DNA of 19,900 nt from Fimbriimonadales bacterium (GTDB lineage: Bacteria > Armatimonadota > Fimbriimonadia > Fimbriimonadales > ATM1). Location of the stretch: contig JBGTLG010000008.1 in the NCBI GenBank assembly GCA_041744215.1, forward strand, positions 1-19,900, read 5' to 3'. The translations under genes and the position numbers were made by a program. Within the stretch, counting starts at the first letter, position 1. Every line of letters begins with the position of its first letter. The notes beneath the pieces were generated by a model that searched no databases, was not told the origin of the DNA, and saw only the letters and a list, made by a program, of their open reading frames with translations. Shown one piece after another: positions 15,644-19,900 of this stretch.

Positions 15644-15672
15644 ATTGTACTCGGGAACACCCGAAAATCCAA
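15644..15672 (-). promoter_or_regulatory. Sigma-70-type promoter of tRNA-Gly(CCC)
   Basis: TTGGAT (15672-15667), 17-bp spacer, TACAAT (15649-15644), ending 11 nt upstream of the mature tRNA 5' end. Confidence 0.7.
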
Positions 15673-15746
15673 GAAAATGGAAATGCTCAGAGATTCCTGG
15701 TATTCGCGATGTCCTAGTTCGGCCCGCCGCGTGGAACTGATTCTAT

Positions 15747-18700
15747 ATGAGGATCAAGTGGGCGTACTTGACTGTGTTGCTCTGTGCCCCGGTCGCCGGG
15801 TGGGCGGCTGATTATGAGCTTGTCATCCCCAACACCGGCGCGCAACTGAAGCATAGCCCGGCGTTGGTCGTCTACGGGCCCGGCGCGCTCAAGGCGGGAG
15901 ACCGGATCGTGAGTGTCCGGTTTGGGGGAGGCAAGGTAGGCAGCACAGCGGTCTCGGTTGAAGGCAGAAACACCTTCGACGGCCCGATCCTGTCCAAGGA
16001 CGCCGAGGTCGGCGAGTTTGTCGGCAAGGTCTACTTGGGGGCAGGTGATGCACCCGACAAAGCGGTCGGAGCGTCGATCGCCGAAGTTGCCCCTGGCGCA
16101 GCAGCCAGTGTCGCCGCTGCAGCAAAGGCAGCGGCGGCCAATCCGGATGCGCTTCCCCCCTGGGTGTTCTGGGTAGGTGGCGCGATCGGTTTGGGGTTCT
16201 TATTGCTCTTCCTCAGATCGAACATGTCCGGCAAGGTGACGCTGCCCGCTGGGCCGATCGGGCCCAGCAGGAGAAGTTCGATTGGCGAGATCTTCACTGA
16301 TGTCCAAAACCAAATCTCGAAGATGAGCGAGACTCAGCACGAACTTTTGGCGAACCCACCGGGGATGAAAGAACTGAAGAAGAAGCTCGGATCAATCGAG
16401 GAGCGGCTTGCCAAGATCGAGACGGCCGGACAGGCCGCCGCTCAAGCAAGTACAAAGATTTCCAGCGCTCTTATTGCCGCCGAAAAGCACGCCGCAGAGC
16501 TTTCAGCCGGCAGCGAGACTACTCAGAAGACGCTCGCCGAACTGAAGCGAAACGTCGACGCACTTAATGTCGAGTCCGCAAATCGCGGTGCCGACTTCAA
16601 AAAGCAAACCTCATCCGCGCAGCAGGCTATCGATGCGGTTCGCAACGCGGTCGCGGCCAATGAAACCGCCATTGCCAAGAGTGCAGAATCTATTCGCGCC
16701 GTCGAACAGCGCTTTGATCAAGTCGAGCAACGACTCGACTCGGCATTCGAATCTGTCGGTGGAAAACTGGATGATGTCGCGAAACAGGCGGCGAAGCAGG
16801 AGTTGGTTTCGTCGGCGGTCAACAAACTAACGGAAAGGTTATCTGGAATTGAGGCTAAACCTTCACTTGCTACAGCAGACATTGCGCCAATTGCCGAGGG
16901 AATCAGAGAGCTGACGGAGAAAACGCAAGCCGCCCTGACCGAACTCGATCGGCGACTCCTCGATTTGCGTTCGACGGTCGATGAGTTTTCTCAGCGAGAC
17001 GATCGATCAGCGTCGATCGACTCTCGGCTCGTCGAAATCTCTGCAAAGTTTGAAGACGTTGACGAAAGATTGTCGGCAATGCCTGCTCCGATCTCCGATC
17101 TGCAACCGTTAGCCGGCCGGCTCGATGAGCTGTCGCGTCGATTTAGTGAGATTGAAGAAAAGCTCAGCGCGCCAGCGAAAGAAACATTCGATCCCACACC
17201 TCTTGAGAGCCAGCTCGCAGAGATTGCCGCGAGAGTTGATGCGCTATCAGCTCAGATCGCACAAGTTCCAGATAACGCCTCGGAAGTTGCGGCAATGGAA
17301 CGCACGCTGGGTCAGTTATCCGATAGCGTTAAACTCCTACAGCAGCAAGCCGACGCGCAGAAGGACCCGGCAATCGAAACGACTCAACTCTATGACAAGC
17401 TCGAGGATCTGTCCGCGCAGCTCGTCGCTTTACAGCATCGAGTCGAAGAACAGCAGTTCGATTCGCAGCAAACTGCACAGCCTGCGGTGGCCAGCGTTGA
17501 GCCAGCGGCGGCTGAGGAACCGGAGGCTGATCAAGATTTCAAAGAATCCATGCCGGGACCCACGATCATCCTTGACCCCCCCCAAGATGTAGATTTGGAA
17601 TCCGATGACGCAGATGACTTGGATCTTGTTTCGCCCAAGGGATGGGCGGGTATGCGCGGCACTGCCGAAGGCAGATGCAGCGCTGAGTTCCATAGAGGAA
17701 TGAAGCTCAGCTCAGATGAGAAGCCCAACCTGTTGCATCCTGTTGACTCCCCCATGGGGACATCTCCCGTTGGCGGCCCAATTGCCTATGGTCGACGCCT
17801 TCTCTACACGCATGGACAGACCGTCCGCGGCTTTTGGCCGGGGCGTGAGGATCGAGCGATTTCGCTGCCAGAGGAACCTCCGACCGACGAATGGCGCTTG
17901 CTTCAAAGTGGGTCAGCAGTCTTCTGCGTTGGAGAGTCGACCGTTCACATCGGCGATCTCAACTCATGGGCGCGAAAAACTTCGTTCCCAGGAAAGTATT
18001 TCGCGCAAACGCACAACGGTGAACACTGGGTCGGCGCGTTCGAGGAAAGTGGCAGCGCATTCCTCGACTTCCGAACAATCCGCGGAGAACAGGCCCATCC
18101 GCCAGTAGCGCTTTCTGTATCTGCTGGAGGTTTGGAGGTAGTTGCGTCTGGCACGGACGTCTTTGCCTATTCTCTCGCTGGAGAAATCGTGAAGGTGGCC
18201 GCGGGTTCGGCTAAGCAAGTCGGTGCGTTCTCAGGATCGATCGTCCGCGTATGCAGACACAAAGACGCGCATCTCGCGTTGGTACACACAGATAAAGGCT
18301 TGTTGATTGAGCTTGTCGATGACCACGGCAAGCGCGTCGGGTATCTGCAACTCAATTTCAGCGCAGAACCAGAAGCTTTCGTCGCGATGGGTTCGCGGTT
18401 GTACCTGTTCGATCAAGACAAGTCCGAGTTCGTCGCGATCGATCTGAGGAAGATGTCCGTTGCACAGCGCTGGGCATCAAGCGATGTCGCACGAGTTCGC
18501 AAGCTATCCGGAATTCAATCTGCTCGGGCTCACTTCCTTGCAGTCGTTGGCGCGAGCGGCGAGAAGAACACAGGTCGGGCTTTTGTTGTCGACGTAAAGA
18601 CCGGTGACGAATACAACCTCTGTCAAGTGCTCGAGCCTTTTGTCTCAGTGATTCCGGTGGACACGCATGTTGCGGTGGTAACGCGGTGCTCGTATCAGAA

Positions 18701-18755
18701 CATCGTCCGTGTGTTTGCACCCTTCGAATCAATCTACGTCGCTAAGGCCGCGTAG
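15747..18755 (+). CDS. Large membrane-anchored coiled-coil protein with C-terminal beta-propeller-like region
   Basis: Signal peptide (MRIKWAYLTVLLCAPVAGWA), small beta domain, TM helix PPWVFWVGGAIGLGFLLLFL, about 390 aa of heptad-rich helix, an acidic/Pro linker, then about 330 aa of short beta-strand repeats. Confidence 0.8.
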   Translation: MRIKWAYLTVLLCAPVAGWAADYELVIPNTGAQLKHSPALVVYGPGALKAGDRIVSVRFGGGKVGSTAVSVEGRNTFDGPILSKDAEVGEFVGKVYLGAGDAPDKAVGASIAEVAPGAAASVAAAAKAAAANPDALPPWVFWVGGAIGLGFLLLFLRSNMSGKVTLPAGPIGPSRRSSIGEIFTDVQNQISKMSETQHELLANPPGMKELKKKLGSIEERLAKIETAGQAAAQASTKISSALIAAEKHAAELSAGSETTQKTLAELKRNVDALNVESANRGADFKKQTSSAQQAIDAVRNAVAANETAIAKSAESIRAVEQRFDQVEQRLDSAFESVGGKLDDVAKQAAKQELVSSAVNKLTERLSGIEAKPSLATADIAPIAEGIRELTEKTQAALTELDRRLLDLRSTVDEFSQRDDRSASIDSRLVEISAKFEDVDERLSAMPAPISDLQPLAGRLDELSRRFSEIEEKLSAPAKETFDPTPLESQLAEIAARVDALSAQIAQVPDNASEVAAMERTLGQLSDSVKLLQQQADAQKDPAIETTQLYDKLEDLSAQLVALQHRVEEQQFDSQQTAQPAVASVEPAAAEEPEADQDFKESMPGPTIILDPPQDVDLESDDADDLDLVSPKGWAGMRGTAEGRCSAEFHRGMKLSSDEKPNLLHPVDSPMGTSPVGGPIAYGRRLLYTHGQTVRGFWPGREDRAISLPEEPPTDEWRLLQSGSAVFCVGESTVHIGDLNSWARKTSFPGKYFAQTHNGEHWVGAFEESGSAFLDFRTIRGEQAHPPVALSVSAGGLEVVASGTDVFAYSLAGEIVKVAAGSAKQVGAFSGSIVRVCRHKDAHLALVHTDKGLLIELVDDHGKRVGYLQLNFSAEPEAFVAMGSRLYLFDQDKSEFVAIDLRKMSVAQRWASSDVARVRKLSGIQSARAHFLAVVGASGEKNTGRAFVVDVKTGDEYNLCQVLEPFVSVIPVDTHVAVVTRCSYQNIVRVFAPFESIYVAKAA

Positions 18756-18756
18756 A

Positions 18757-18800
18757 CTGCCTGTGGCATCGTGTTCATCGCTCGATCAGCCGCCAGGCAG
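18757..18800. terminator. GC-rich hairpin between convergent units (possible terminator)
   Basis: CTGCCTG/CAGGCAG, TGGC/GCCG and ATCG/CGAT stems right after the TAG at 18755. There is no U-tract. Confidence 0.4.
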
Positions 18801-18819
18801 GGGACAGGCTTAGAATAGC

Positions 18820-18864
18820 TGGAGCGGCTGATGGGAATCGAACCCACGTCACCTGCTTGGAAGG
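18820..18864 (-). mobile_element. 3' half of tRNA-Gly(TCC): att site (boundary) of an integrated element lying to the right
   Basis: Minus strand reads C CTTCCAA GCAGG TGAC GTGGG TTCGATT CCCAT CAGCCGC T CCA: anticodon loop, T arm, acceptor 3' strand and CCA. The D arm and acceptor 5' strand are absent upstream. Confidence 0.85.
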
Positions 18865-18993
18865 TAAATCGAAGACGTCGTAAGCCGTCGTCACTCGACT
18901 GATTTGAACTTGAAAGCGCGAGAGAACGTTCTCAGTTGTCGCTGGTTGTCGATCCGATACTACACCAAGATCTACACCGAAAACTCATTGGTG

Positions 18994-19899
18994 TCACTTA
19001 AATGTGCCCGCAGCCAAATCCTGAGCAAGTCTCTTATGGCATTCCTCGATGTAGTCAGGGTTCAGATCGACAGCGACTCCATTTCTTCCGAGTTTGAGGG
19101 CGACGGCTATCGTTGTGCCGCTGCCGACAAATGGATCGAGCACGATACCCCCTTTGGGGCAACCGGCACGGATGCAAGGCTCTATGAGGGCTTCCGGAAA
19201 GGTCGCCGAGTGATCTCCCCGGATCGGTCTGACCTTGACCGTCCAGACCGTTCGCCTATTCCTGCCCTTAGGGTGGCAGAATCTGGTTTTCGAGCCCCTC
19301 TTCGCCCTCTCCAGGCTCTCGTCACGGTGCGGTTCGCGCAAAGCGTCGATGTCGTAGTAGTAGCGCTTCTCTTTGCTGAACAAAAAGACGTACTCGTGCG
19401 CTCTGGTGGGACGGTCCTTCACAGGCTCCGGGTTCGGGTTTGGCTTGTGCCAGATGATGTCGGAACGAAGGATCCAGCCATCGCGCTGCAAGGCAAACGC
19501 TAAGCGCCAGGGAATCCCGATCAGATTCTTGTGCGCTAGGCCGCTCAACAGCGGATGGCGAAGCTTCGAGTGGTCCTCAATCGTCAACGGCCTTCTGTGT
19601 CTTTGACTGGTGAAAGTGCGTAGGTTGAAGACCTTCGAACCCGTCACGTGGCAGTCCCCAATGACCAGCCAAAGGGTCCCAGTTGCCTTGAGAACCCTCC
19701 GGACCTCAACGAACACGCGAGCGAGCCTCTCGATGTAGGACTCGACCGTCGTCTCCAATCCTATCTGCCCGGCAACGCCGTAGTCACGGACGAACCAGTA
19801 AGGGGGCGATGTGACGACGCAGTCCACCGATTCTGCTGGCAGCTTCCTCAGTTCCGTCAAGGCATCACCGCAAACAAATCGTGCCCAGGGCCTGTCCAT
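18994..19899 (-). CDS. Site-specific DNA methyltransferase, N4-C/N6-A family, beta class
   Basis: Catalytic motif VVTSPPY comes before the SAM-binding motif VLDPFVGSGTT. Also IGIPWRLAFALQRDGWILRSDIIWHKPN..DRPTRAHEYVFLFSK and HSATFPEALIEPCIRAGCP, typical of phage/ICE-borne MTases. The ATG is at the window edge, so the true start could be further upstream. Confidence 0.95.
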   Translation of the reverse strand: MDRPWARFVCGDALTELRKLPAESVDCVVTSPPYWFVRDYGVAGQIGLETTVESYIERLARVFVEVRRVLKATGTLWLVIGDCHVTGSKVFNLRTFTSQRHRRPLTIEDHSKLRHPLLSGLAHKNLIGIPWRLAFALQRDGWILRSDIIWHKPNPNPEPVKDRPTRAHEYVFLFSKEKRYYYDIDALREPHRDESLERAKRGSKTRFCHPKGRNRRTVWTVKVRPIRGDHSATFPEALIEPCIRAGCPKGGIVLDPFVGSGTTIAVALKLGRNGVAVDLNPDYIEECHKRLAQDLAAGTFK

Positions 19900-19900
19900 C

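Noticed and set aside
15558-18864. The two tRNA-Gly sequences as direct repeats flanking an island containing the 1002-aa gene
   Set aside because: They differ in anticodon (CCC vs TCC), variable loop, T stem and acceptor stem (CGCCCGC vs CAGCCGC). The orientation also places any element to the right of 18864.
18760-18864. Circularly permuted tRNA-Gly, since GCGGCTGAT (18793-18785, minus) downstream can pair with the acceptor 3' strand
   Set aside because: The putative 5' half lacks U8, a GG-containing D loop and the CCTGC anticodon-stem strand. It is better explained as part of the 18757-18800 hairpin or as chance.
18904-19503. 199-aa plus-strand ORF
   Set aside because: It is antisense to the well-supported methyltransferase and has no recognisable motifs.

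Overview
Bacterial DNA of moderately high GC. The gene styles suggest Armatimonadota/Fimbriimonadia, but that is an unverified inference. The left part (1-12260) is an accessory, conflict-type region. On the minus strand it has a large TPR-CHAT (caspase-like) protease gene that runs off the window and is absent from the ORF track, overlapped out of frame by a truncated-looking DprA/SLOG-like ORF, and a secreted protein with an EIHPV motif. On the plus strand, an ECF sigma factor precedes a tightly linked unit: a membrane-anchored TPR + C39 peptidase, a 1438-aa Rhs protein, and a small membrane immunity candidate. The most interesting signal is in the Rhs N-terminus. After its Sec-type signal peptide it carries a double-glycine-leader-like motif (LLAAEMRELSGK), the classic substrate signature of C39 peptidases. 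This suggests an Rhs toxin matured in trans by a dedicated extracytoplasmic protease, with no T6SS or ABC-transporter genes in view. The right part looks like core genome: purA, a membrane GAF/HD-GYP phosphodiesterase, tRNA-Gly(CCC) and a 1002-aa membrane-anchored coiled-coil protein. At 18820-18864 a 3' half of tRNA-Gly(TCC) marks the att boundary of an integrated element that extends to the right and begins with an N4/N6 DNA methyltransferase.
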